Below, in pieces: positions 9,645-18,762 of a DNA stretch of 64,000 nucleotides. Every line of letters starts with the position of its first letter. Position 1 is the first letter of the stretch. Origin of the DNA: Dehalococcoidia bacterium (GTDB lineage Bacteria; Chloroflexota; Dehalococcoidia; Lucifugimonadales; UBA1123); the NCBI GenBank assembly GCA_965116415.1, contig OZ220693.1, positions 436,837 through 500,836 of the forward strand, read 5' to 3'. The position numbers and the translations under genes are program-made. The notes under the pieces are model-generated. The model was not told where the DNA came from, did not search any database, and saw only the letters and a list, made by a program, of their open reading frames with translations.

Positions 9645-10559
9645 CTATCTCCAGTGAGCGGGGACTATCGGCTCTTCAAAGCCCAGCTTTGACGCGACCC
9701 ACTGCTCCTGGAACAGGCCGTCCTTGTAGCTGGACTGCTGTGAGGCATAGACTTCGGCGCCCCCAGGGATCGACGACGCGAGGTCTCCAAGCGCTTCAGG
9801 TCCGAGCGCTGAGCCGGTTGGTCCAGCCATGACCAGCGTGCTGGCATTCACCATTGACGCGAAATTGCGCAGGTCGAAATATGACAGTGTCCCGGCGGCC
9901 TGTTCTCTGAGGGATGGATGGAGGCGCAGGTAGTCGTTGATCTCCTCCAGTGGATAGGACCCGGTCCGCGCCGCCAGTCCCAGGGTGTCGAAGAACAGCG
10001 CTGGTGTACTGACCACATGGGACGCCTTCCCGGCCAGCGCCACCGCCTGCATCGCGACATCGTTACCGATGGCTACTATGGACGATGTATCGACCTCCGG
10101 AACTGTGCTGATGAACTCCAGCCCGCGTATCGCGTCGGCGACTATGCCCCTGAAGACGTAGCTGTCCCTGGAGTCAATTCCCACTGTAAGCTGTCCGGGG
10201 AACATTGCTGCGAACGGCTGGTCGGAGTTTCGTTGGCCCCTGCCGGCCAGTGAGAATGTCACGAACCTGCTCCTGATGCCGTTCTCCGTCCCCTGAGGGA
10301 TGACCTCCAGCACGCTCTGGTACTTCGGAGCCCAGTAGATCGCGGGAAACGGCCTCGACCCTTTGGGAATGCTGAGGTACCCGTACAACCTGTATGGGCC
10401 TATACTGCTGAGACGCACACCATAGAGAGTGGCAAAGTCCATCTCGCGCATGGGTATCTTTTCGACTTCAGGCCTCACGGGAGTCGAGGCCAACTCACCG
10501 GCAACGGCTGACCAGTAATCCTCGAAATCATCCGGCCGGTAATAGGTCAGTTCAGTCAT
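9645..10559 (-). CDS. Acetylxylan esterase (CE7)-like paralog, apparently catalytically dead
   Basis: RPDDFEDYW, GRGQ, YPLEEINDYLRLHP match the neighbouring esterase, but there is no GxSxG. ATG at 10559 overlaps the upstream stop. Confidence 0.8.
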   Translation of the reverse strand: MTELTYYRPDDFEDYWSAVAGELASTPVRPEVEKIPMREMDFATLYGVRLSSIGPYRLYGYLSIPKGSRPFPAIYWAPKYQSVLEVIPQGTENGIRSRFVTFSLAGRGQRNSDQPFAAMFPGQLTVGIDSRDSYVFRGIVADAIRGLEFISTVPEVDTSSIVAIGNDVAMQAVALAGKASHVVSTPALFFDTLGLAARTGSYPLEEINDYLRLHPSLREQAAGTLSYFDLRNFASMVNASTLVMAGPTGSALGPEALGDLASSIPGGAEVYASQQSSYKDGLFQEQWVASKLGFEEPIVPAHWR

Positions 10560-11493
10560 TTGACACCTCCCCCTTGACGTGGCGGTCGAAGAACGACGCA
10601 ACGATGGCGTCGTGCTCGTGCCTACCGGCGCTGTGACCCTGACCGTCGTACGCGTACAGTCGCTTGTCCTCGCTTGCTATCCGGTGGTAGAGCGCGTAGC
10701 CGGTCTCAGGCGGACACACGTTGTCCTGGAGTCCGATGTTCACGATAATCGGGCAATCTATCCTGTCGGCAAAGTTGATGCAGTCGAAGTAGCTGACCGT
10801 CTCTTCCACCAGGTCCCTGCTCTCAGGATGCAGCCTGAGGTAGTCATTGATCTCTTCATACGGGTAGGTGTGGGTCAGTTCGATCGAGTCCATGTATCCG
10901 GTAAGGTAGGGACATCCTGCGGCCGCGGCGACGATCTCATTTCGCATTGCGGCGGTGCACAGTGTCAGCCCACCACCCTGGCTGCTGCCCGTGACGCCGA
11001 TGCGCGTCCCGTCGACCTCATTCCGAGAATGCAGGAAGTCCACTGCCCTCCACGCGTCCACGTAAAAGCCCCTGTACGAGTAGATGTTGCGGTCGGTTAT
11101 GCCATAGGTCAGCAGTCCTGGATAGCCGGGGTTGAACTGGGAATTGGAACGCAGCTTCCCTCTGGGCGCCACTGACAGGGCCGCGTAGCCCCTTCTCGCC
11201 CACTCCTTGGGTATCCCGGGATCGCTCTGGTACCCGGGCACGACGAGTACTGCCGGCAGAGGCCCTTCCCTGGCCCTCGGCACGCAGTACCACCCGGCTA
11301 TGCGCACGTTGTCGATGCTGGTGTGATGTGTCTGGAAGACTTCAATGTCGTCCGAAGTCCTGAGCGGGTCCGGAACGGCCTTTGGGTTGAGATCGAGCCT
11401 CTCGACCTGCGAGACCACGTCCGCCCAGAACTCGTCGAAGTCATCCGGCTTGCGGGCCTTGGTCTGGTAGTTGGGATCGACGAAATACGCCAC
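10552..11493 (-). CDS. Acetylxylan esterase / cephalosporin-C deacetylase (CE7) family
   Basis: KPDDFDEFW, GSSQGGG nucleophile motif, GLQDNVCPP (Asp), GQGH (His). Confidence 0.9.
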   Translation of the reverse strand: MAYFVDPNYQTKARKPDDFDEFWADVVSQVERLDLNPKAVPDPLRTSDDIEVFQTHHTSIDNVRIAGWYCVPRAREGPLPAVLVVPGYQSDPGIPKEWARRGYAALSVAPRGKLRSNSQFNPGYPGLLTYGITDRNIYSYRGFYVDAWRAVDFLHSRNEVDGTRIGVTGSSQGGGLTLCTAAMRNEIVAAAAGCPYLTGYMDSIELTHTYPYEEINDYLRLHPESRDLVEETVSYFDCINFADRIDCPIIVNIGLQDNVCPPETGYALYHRIASEDKRLYAYDGQGHSAGRHEHDAIVASFFDRHVKGEVSND

Positions 11494-11518
11494 TGTCCCC
11501 TCCTTTACAGTCGGAGCG

Positions 11519-11547
11519 ATTTTATGAAGGGCTTCCTAGCGTGTCAA
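11519..11547 (-). promoter_or_regulatory. sigma70-type promoter of the esterase operon
   Basis: Minus strand TTGACA-N17-TAAAAT. Confidence 0.6.
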
Positions 11548-11570
11548 TCCATTGTTCACACTGGAGTCTG

Positions 11571-14500
11571 TCAGGTGTAGCCGTTTCGACGGTCCCACGC
11601 CGAGGACGCCGGTGAACGGTCGGCAGGGTCGCCATATCCGCCACCGCCAGAGGATAGTGCAACGATGCGGTCACCGGGCTTCACGACAACTCCGGTCAGC
11701 TTGGTCGGCAGCACCGTCTCTTCCCCATTGGAGACAATCGAGTACGTGTGAGGAAGACCGGGTTCTCCGCCCAAAACACCGAACGGCGGCACTATGGCGC
11801 CATCCCCCGCGGTGTTGAGAAGAGCGTCCCCTTCGCCTTCGTAGACGATCTCACATACGGCCCCGAGTCCCCCTCGCCACCTGCCCTTTCCCGCAGAGCC
11901 TGGCCTGAGCTCGTGGTTCACGACGAACAGTGGGAAGCGCTCCTCTGTGACCTCGACGCTGTTGGCGCGGATACCTCCAGCGACGTTCACCTCGCCGACG
12001 CAGCTCCATCCGTCGTGTCCGAGCGACGCGCCCCCGCCGCCCCTGGCCATGAAGAAGTGCCACAGGAACGACTCGCCGGTCCTCGGGTCGATTCCCGTTA
12101 TGGCGTACCGCAGGCGGCGCGAGAATCCGGCATTCACAGCCTCCGGCACAGCCTGGGACAGCGCCTTGAATATCGCCTCGACGATCTCCTCAGCACAGTG
12201 GTTGGTGCTCATACACACCGGCGCGGGAGAGTCAGCATTGACGATAAGACCTGTTGGCGCGATAACCTCCAGCGGCCCCATGGAGCCCTCGTTTTTTGGT
12301 ATGTCGTAAGGGGCTACGTACATGATGGCGGCGTGTGCGAGCGACCTCGTGTTTGCGTACGCGCTGTTGATGAATCCGGTGACCTGGCGGGAGGACTCGC
12401 TCAGGTCGATGGTCATCGTGTCGCCGGCGATTGTGATCTTCGCCCTGATTGGAATAAGCTCCGAGTCGAACCCGTCGTCGTCTACCAGGGACTCACCATA
12501 GTAGACACCGTCAGGCCATTCGGTGATGAAGCTCCTCACCTGTGCCTCAGTTGCATAGAGAATTCCGTCAACGATTCGCGTCAGTCTCTCAGCCCCGTAG
12601 TGGTCGACAAGCTCGCGGATCCGGCGTTCAGCGGTCAACACGGAACCGATCTGGGCGTTGAGGTCGCCCAGGAAGTTTTTAGGAGTCCTGACGTTGGCAG
12701 CCATCATCTGCAGCAGGTCGTCACGAGGGACGTCGCGGTCATAGATCCTGAGAGGCGGAATGCGAAGACCCTCGTGGAAGATCTCGCTCGCTGAGGGATT
12801 GTAGCCCCCGTGCGTGCCTCCACCGACGTCTGTATGGTGCGCCCTGTTGACGGTCATGAACGCAAGATCCCCGTCCACAAATACTGGCCTGATCACGGTC
12901 AGATCGGGCAGGTGTGATCCTCCAAAGTACGGATCGTTGAGGAGGAACACGTCGCCCGGGGATATACCGTCTCCGAAGTAGTCGAGGACGGCGCGTCCGG
13001 CGACTGGAAGTGCGCTCATGTGTACAGGGATGCCCTCACCCTGCGCGACCATCCTGCTCTGGCTGTCCAGGATTGCCGTGGAAAAGTCCCTGCTCGCGTT
13101 AAGTATCTGCGAGAGGGCCGTGCGGAGCATTACGTCCATCATCTCGATGGCGATGGACTCCAGCCGGTTTCCGACTACGGACAGGGTAACCGAGTCTGCC
13201 TCTGCGTTTTCAGGGGCTTGCGTCCCACTCCCGACGTCGATGTGCATGATGCCCCGTGCATCTAGCGTCGCGGAGCATCCCTCCCCGACTACCACCGTGT
13301 TGTAGTCGGTGTTGACTACAGACGGACCCTGCATTGACGGGAGCGGGCTAGCCTCACTGCTGCCATCTTCTGCCAATTCTCGCGCTGCAACTGCTGCCAT
13401 AGGAAGTCTTCCGACCGCGCTTGCCCGAAGGGTGACGATCCTGATGTCCTGCTCCTGCTGGCGATATGCATAGAGGCGTTCGAAACGAAGGTGCATGTTT
13501 TCTGCCCATCGCAGCCGCAGCTCATCGTCAGGCAGGTGCAGGTCCGGCACGTCCACGGTCACCTCGTAGATCTGGTCGAGGTAGCGCATGTCCGCCGAGA
13601 GGCTCACGCAGATGTCTGAGTCAGTTGCGCCGGCCGAGCGAAGCCGCGCCCTGCCCTCTTCAGCCAGGTCTCCGAATGCTGAGCGCACCCCGTCGAGGTC
13701 CACCGTGCTGAGGCTCGACGGGTGTGAGACGGCCAGGTCGTACTTCAGGTCTGACGCCATCATTCCGAACGCCGACAGCACCGGGCCAGCAGGGGGAATC
13801 AGGACGCGGCTGATGCCGATCTCGGCGGCTACTCTCGTTGCCACGAGTCCAGCGGCCCCTCCGAAGCCCATCAGTGCGAATTCACGGGGATCGAGTCCAC
13901 GGCTCACTGAGGCCAGCCGAATGCCCTCTGCGATCGAGCTGGACACGACGCGCAGAATCCCCTCGGCCGCCGCCTCAACATCCACGCCCAGCGGTTCCGC
14001 TATCTGGCTGCGAATCGTATCGACGGCGAGGTCTTCGTCAAGCTGAACGGCCCCGCCGAGGAATCTATCGGTGTCCAGCAGGCCGAGAACTAGCGCGGCG
14101 TCCGTTACAGTCGGCTGGGTTCCGCCCTTCCCATAACAGGCAGGGCCTGGGTCGGCTCCGGCACTGGCCGGGCCGACACGGAGCACCCCGCCTTCGTCCA
14201 CACGGGCTATGCTTCCGCCACCCGCGCCGAGCGTGTGAATGTCGACTGTTGGCACAGCGATCTTCCAGCCCGCCTCGAATTTCTCTCCCGTGACATGCGG
14301 TGCGCCATCTTCAATCAACGTGATGTCGGTGCTTGTGCCTCCCATGTCCAGGGCTATGACCCGATCTTCACCCAGTTGCCTGGCTACGTACGCTGCGCCA
14401 GCCGCTCCCCCCGCCGGGCCGGAAAGTATGGACCGCACCGCCTGTTCGGAGCTGTCCGAAACCGGGGCGATACCGCCGTTTGACTGGATTACGAAGAGTG

Positions 14501-15233
14501 GGACCGCACCGCCGGCTTCGGTAATTCGACCTTCGAGTCGCAGGAGGTAGCTGGCCAGTGACGGGCCGACGTAGGCGTTCAGAGCCGTGGTCGATAGTCG
14601 GTCGAACTCCTTGATTTGGGGCAGTATGACGTGAGACGAGGAGACATAGGCCTCCGGCATCATCTCCCTGACTATCCGGTCAGCTTCCATCTCATGCTCG
14701 GGATTCAGGAACGAGAACAGGAAGCAGATCGCGACAGAATCAACGCCTTCAGACTTCAGGTACTCAACCTGACGCCTCAACTCCTCAACGTCGAGTTCCC
14801 GCCGCACCGCACCACTGGAGTCAACGCGCTCAGGCGCCCCGACCCTCAGATACCTTGGCGCCAGCGGCTCGACCTGGTCCATTCGCAGGTTGTACCTGTC
14901 TTCTTTCAGGCCTTCACGAATCTCGAGTAGATCGCGAAACCCTTCCGTTGTAATCAGGCCCACCCTGGCGCCTTTCCTCTCAACAAGTGTGTTCGTAGCC
15001 ACCGTGGTCCCGTGTATGAGGACCTCGGCGCTGTTCAACAACTCCTGCGGTTCCACTCCCAGGGTGGCGGCAAGCCCCTCGATGCCGTCGACGACGCCAA
15101 TCGACGGGTCGTCAGGCGTCGTTGGTGTCTTGAAGACGAAAGGGGCTGCATCTCCCTCGCGCATCGCAACAAGGTCTGTGAAAGTTCCACCCACGTCGAT
15201 TCCGATTCTCAATCCCTCTGTCCTTTCGTTCAA
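11571..15233 (-). CDS. Fused hydantoinase A/B (5-oxoprolinase / N-methylhydantoinase family) ATP-dependent lactamase
   Basis: IDVGGTFTD, HGTTVATN, SGPAGG, DMGGTSTD, GAGGGS; B half has NDPYFGGSHLPD, HHTDVGG, GGGGYGDP. Confidence 0.92.
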   Translation of the reverse strand: MNERTEGLRIGIDVGGTFTDLVAMREGDAAPFVFKTPTTPDDPSIGVVDGIEGLAATLGVEPQELLNSAEVLIHGTTVATNTLVERKGARVGLITTEGFRDLLEIREGLKEDRYNLRMDQVEPLAPRYLRVGAPERVDSSGAVRRELDVEELRRQVEYLKSEGVDSVAICFLFSFLNPEHEMEADRIVREMMPEAYVSSSHVILPQIKEFDRLSTTALNAYVGPSLASYLLRLEGRITEAGGAVPLFVIQSNGGIAPVSDSSEQAVRSILSGPAGGAAGAAYVARQLGEDRVIALDMGGTSTDITLIEDGAPHVTGEKFEAGWKIAVPTVDIHTLGAGGGSIARVDEGGVLRVGPASAGADPGPACYGKGGTQPTVTDAALVLGLLDTDRFLGGAVQLDEDLAVDTIRSQIAEPLGVDVEAAAEGILRVVSSSIAEGIRLASVSRGLDPREFALMGFGGAAGLVATRVAAEIGISRVLIPPAGPVLSAFGMMASDLKYDLAVSHPSSLSTVDLDGVRSAFGDLAEEGRARLRSAGATDSDICVSLSADMRYLDQIYEVTVDVPDLHLPDDELRLRWAENMHLRFERLYAYRQQEQDIRIVTLRASAVGRLPMAAVAARELAEDGSSEASPLPSMQGPSVVNTDYNTVVVGEGCSATLDARGIMHIDVGSGTQAPENAEADSVTLSVVGNRLESIAIEMMDVMLRTALSQILNASRDFSTAILDSQSRMVAQGEGIPVHMSALPVAGRAVLDYFGDGISPGDVFLLNDPYFGGSHLPDLTVIRPVFVDGDLAFMTVNRAHHTDVGGGTHGGYNPSASEIFHEGLRIPPLRIYDRDVPRDDLLQMMAANVRTPKNFLGDLNAQIGSVLTAERRIRELVDHYGAERLTRIVDGILYATEAQVRSFITEWPDGVYYGESLVDDDGFDSELIPIRAKITIAGDTMTIDLSESSRQVTGFINSAYANTRSLAHAAIMYVAPYDIPKNEGSMGPLEVIAPTGLIVNADSPAPVCMSTNHCAEEIVEAIFKALSQAVPEAVNAGFSRRLRYAITGIDPRTGESFLWHFFMARGGGGASLGHDGWSCVGEVNVAGGIRANSVEVTEERFPLFVVNHELRPGSAGKGRWRGGLGAVCEIVYEGEGDALLNTAGDGAIVPPFGVLGGEPGLPHTYSIVSNGEETVLPTKLTGVVVKPGDRIVALSSGGGGYGDPADRSPASSAWDRRNGYT

Positions 15234-15663
15234 CAGCGAAGTACATGGGCCAGTCAGTCTGAGGCGGAGCGTAGAATACTACAGATCGGCGCTGTCCAGT
15301 AGAGGAAAAATCGAGGGGGAATGTTGAGCCCGCCCTGCAGCACAGGTGAAGGTACCAGCGTTGTTCCCCAGTTGTCCCGGCAAGTGTTCAGGGGCCTGGT
15401 GGGATAAGGCGTACCGATTTGCGAACTCTTCGCTGGGAGGTCCGAATATAGGAGCGAGGTAGACTGAGCCGCTAGAGTGGCGATCTGACGAATTTCGAGA
15501 GCAGGCGATCTCGGGGCGGGTTGCCCACGCCAGAAGAGAATGGAGGCGCGCCGTGCGGCCGGTCGCCCTAGCACTGCAGCGATTACAGTGCTGGCCATCT
15601 GCTGCGGCGACGGCTCCGCCGACGCGGTAGCCCCTACACGCACCGACATGCTAACCAGTGGGT

Positions 15664-16218
15664 CTAATGGCGTCGAATAACCCCGCAGGCGACTCTTATT
15701 CCGAGATCGGCTCCCTCGACGTAGCTGTCGGGCTTTTCGGAAATGACGATAGACGTGCCATCGTCATCAAAGAGCGAATGGTCTACGCCTGAACCCAGGG
15801 TGATGTCCACCGCAAAGAAGTCGGCTCGCGCGGTGCCGTCGTCTGATGCGTAGATGTTCGGAAGGTCCCCGACATGCGGGCCATCCCCTTGGAGAAAGCC
15901 ATGCTCACCACCGTGGGGGTTGAAATTCTCACCGGCGGCGGCGAAGTCTGGGGCACAAGTCCCGACAGAATTGATGCTCATGGAGTGGCCGCCAGGGGCC
16001 AGGCCTTGCACATCGGCAGCCAAGACGATTCCGTTGGGACCTTGAGTGATAGTGACGATCCCCATATCTCTGCCGTCAGGCGACACCAACGTAGCTTCAG
16101 CACTTGCTCCCACCGGATGCTTATGATGGGACCTCTCAGCTAGCAGTAACACTAGTCCAAAGCATGCGACCGCCACTAAAGGTACTCCAAGAATTGCAAG
16201 GTACAGCTTCCAGCCCAT
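15664..16218 (-). CDS. Membrane-anchored Cu/Zn superoxide dismutase-fold protein lacking the Cu ligands
   Basis: ATG at 16218 after AGGAG; N-terminal TM helix; FNP, HG, HVGDLPNI and RVACGVI motifs. Confidence 0.85.
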   Translation of the reverse strand: MGWKLYLAILGVPLVAVACFGLVLLLAERSHHKHPVGASAEATLVSPDGRDMGIVTITQGPNGIVLAADVQGLAPGGHSMSINSVGTCAPDFAAAGENFNPHGGEHGFLQGDGPHVGDLPNIYASDDGTARADFFAVDITLGSGVDHSLFDDDGTSIVISEKPDSYVEGADLGIRVACGVIRRH

Positions 16219-16769
16219 GAAGTGCTTTCTCCTGTTCAGACTTAAGCGCTCTTGAGTATTCTGTCTGACCTTTCCCGTCGATCCGACGGGTAGCCGTCGC
16301 AGCGTCCCGTAACGCAGACCGCAACCCGACTTGTCCTTCACTTGCGAAGCGAACGCAACCCCCACGAGTGGGGCAATTGCCACTCCCATTATAGGGGGGG
16401 GTGTAAACGCACCGTAAAGTTTTGGGGTTTCTCGAACGCATTTCATGTGAGTTTAGTGTAAAGATAGCAGTATGCCCCGATTATCCAGAATTCTCCCAGC
16501 CCGTCGTCAGGTTGAGTGGAAAGCGATGAATGAGAGGCGTGGGTTGTTGCCTTAGCCTCTAAGAGGTAGAAGCAAGCAGGGCCATAAGGTGATGGATGCG
16601 TTGAGGCTGGTGGGGAGTGTTGCCAATTCACCCGAGCGAGGGGCAATTAGCGCAGTTTGCCGCAGAAGCTGTTGTCTTGACGCATTAGCGCCTTGGCCGA
16701 CCGACTTGGTCTCCAGCTCCTTCGCGTGTTGGAAAGTTGGAGTCTCCGAAAGCTCTAGCTACGAATGAG

Positions 16770-16851
16770 TGGGGAAGGGGAGACTCGAACTCCCACGCCT
16801 TGCGGCACATGATCCTAAGTCATGCTCGTCTACCAATTCCGACACTTCCCC
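16770..16851 (-). tRNA. tRNA-Leu(TAG)
   Basis: GGGGAAG acceptor stem, D-arm GGAATTGGTAGAC, anticodon loop CTTAGGA, long variable arm, GTTCGAGTC; CCA not encoded. Confidence 0.96.
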
Positions 16852-17042
16852 AGAGGTGCAGGCGATGCTCGGAAATTATAGTAGCCGCGTAGTTCGTGTG
16901 TCGAACGCCTACCGTGTATTCGACACCTCGAAAATGCTAAAATACTGTCGGCGGAAATGCTCGGTGGCACGGTTGCTCTGAAGCGGGGCGAACGTGCCTG
17001 GATTGACCGCAGTTCAAGTACTCAAACAGAGGTGAGGGATAG

Positions 17043-18644
17043 ATGGCGAAGCAGTTTCAGTTCGATTCTGACGCCCGACAGCAGTTGATGTCGGGCATCG
17101 ACACGCTGGTCGCGGCGGTCGGCGTGACGCTTGGTCCGGCCGGCAGAAATGTCGTGCTGGACAAGGAGTTTGGACCTCCATACGTCTGCAGTGACGGTGT
17201 GACGATCGCTAAGGAGATCGAGCTCGAGGAGCCGTTCCCCAACATGGGCGTTCAGCTTGTCAAGGAGGCCTCCAGCAAGACAAACGACGACGTTGGTGAC
17301 GGAACCACGTCTTCTACCGTCGTTGCACAGGCGATGATTCGGAACGGCTTCAGGGTTCTGACAGCCGGCGCGAATCCCCTCGCGCTCAAGCGCGGCATTG
17401 AGATGGCAGTCAACGGCGCCAGGGACGAGATCCGTGCCATGGCACAGCCCGTCGATGGAAAAGAGCAGATCGAGCAGATCGCGGTGCTTTCCGCCCACGA
17501 TACCGAGATGGGCGAGTTGATCGCCGACGTGCTTGACAAGGTGGGGCCTCACGGGATCGTGACAGTGGAGGAGTCCAGGGGACTCAGCTACGAGGTTGAC
17601 TTCGTCGAGGGAATGCAGGTCGATCGGGGTTACCTCTCGCCCTACTTCGCCACCAACCAGGACAGGATGATCGCTGAGATCGAAAACCCCTACATACTGG
17701 TGACTTCCTCCAAGATTTCAGCTGTAAGCGAACTGCTTCCGGTGTTGGAGCAGGTTTCCCAGGTATCCAGGGACTTCGTGCTGATTGCGGAAGACGTTGA
17801 CGGGGAGGCGCTTGCCACACTCGTCGTCAACAAGCTGAGAGGCACGCTCAACTGCGTGGCAATCAAGGCGCCCGCCTTCGGAGACAGGCGCAAGGCGATA
17901 CTTGAGGACATGTCGATTCTCTTTGGGTGCCAGGTCATAAGCGAGGACGTTGGCAGGTCGCTTGACTCCGTGACAGTGGCCGACCTCGGCAGGTGCGGTC
18001 GCGTCATCTCCGACAAGGACAACACGACGTTCGTGAACGGCGGCGGAGATCAGGCATCCATTCAGTCGCGGATCAGCCAGATTCAGTCGCAGGCTGAGGA
18101 CACCACCTCCGACTATGATCGGGAGAAGCTGGAAGAACGCGCGGCGAAGCTCGCCGGCGGGGTCTCCGTTCTCAGGGTTGGCGCTTCGACCGAGATAGAG
18201 CTTCGAGAGAAGAAGCAGAGGCTCGAGGACGCGCTTTCAGCCAGCCGCGCCGCAATGGAGGAGGGAATCGTTCCAGGTGGCGGGACTGCTCTGCTCAGGG
18301 CGGTGCAGGCTGCGGTCGCCAAGATCGAGGCGCAGGGCGACGAGATGTCAGGCGTTAACCTCGTGCTGCGAGCCGCCGAAGAGCCCATCAAGGTCATCTC
18401 GGCTAACTCCGGGCTGAGCGGCGAGGTCGTACTCCATAGAGTGTCCGCGCAGGAAGGCGACTACGGATTCGACGCCGAAAGCGAGCAGTACGGCAGCATG
18501 CTCGAAATGGGCATCGTGGACCCTGCGAAGGTGACGCGCGCGGTGCTGGAGAACGCTGCCAGTGTTGCGGGCATGGTCCTGACGACTGAGTCCCTGATCA
18601 CAGAATTGAATCCGATGAAACTGCCCGCCCCGTACGATGATTAG
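17043..18644 (+). CDS. groEL: Chaperonin GroEL (divergent paralog, no adjacent groES)
   Basis: VTLGPAGRNVV, DGVTIAKEI, GDGTT, KAPAFGDRRK, GIVPGGG, GIVDPAKV. Confidence 0.95.
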   Translation: MAKQFQFDSDARQQLMSGIDTLVAAVGVTLGPAGRNVVLDKEFGPPYVCSDGVTIAKEIELEEPFPNMGVQLVKEASSKTNDDVGDGTTSSTVVAQAMIRNGFRVLTAGANPLALKRGIEMAVNGARDEIRAMAQPVDGKEQIEQIAVLSAHDTEMGELIADVLDKVGPHGIVTVEESRGLSYEVDFVEGMQVDRGYLSPYFATNQDRMIAEIENPYILVTSSKISAVSELLPVLEQVSQVSRDFVLIAEDVDGEALATLVVNKLRGTLNCVAIKAPAFGDRRKAILEDMSILFGCQVISEDVGRSLDSVTVADLGRCGRVISDKDNTTFVNGGGDQASIQSRISQIQSQAEDTTSDYDREKLEERAAKLAGGVSVLRVGASTEIELREKKQRLEDALSASRAAMEEGIVPGGGTALLRAVQAAVAKIEAQGDEMSGVNLVLRAAEEPIKVISANSGLSGEVVLHRVSAQEGDYGFDAESEQYGSMLEMGIVDPAKVTRAVLENAASVAGMVLTTESLITELNPMKLPAPYDD

Positions 18645-18762
18645 AAGATGGTCATAAGTGGCCGTTTAATCTTGTGCACAGATTGAGGTTTTGCTGGCGG
18701 TGGCGGTCCTGTCAGGAACTGGCCATCGCCAGCGTCCAGCCATCGCAACAGGGCGCCTTTGA

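Noticed and set aside
15254-15649. 131-aa minus-strand ORF
   Set aside because: No RBS or domain motif, and atypical composition
16960-17040. CIRCE element before groEL
   Set aside because: GGCACG...CGTGCC has the wrong sequence and spacing for TTAGCACTC-N9-GAGTGCTAA
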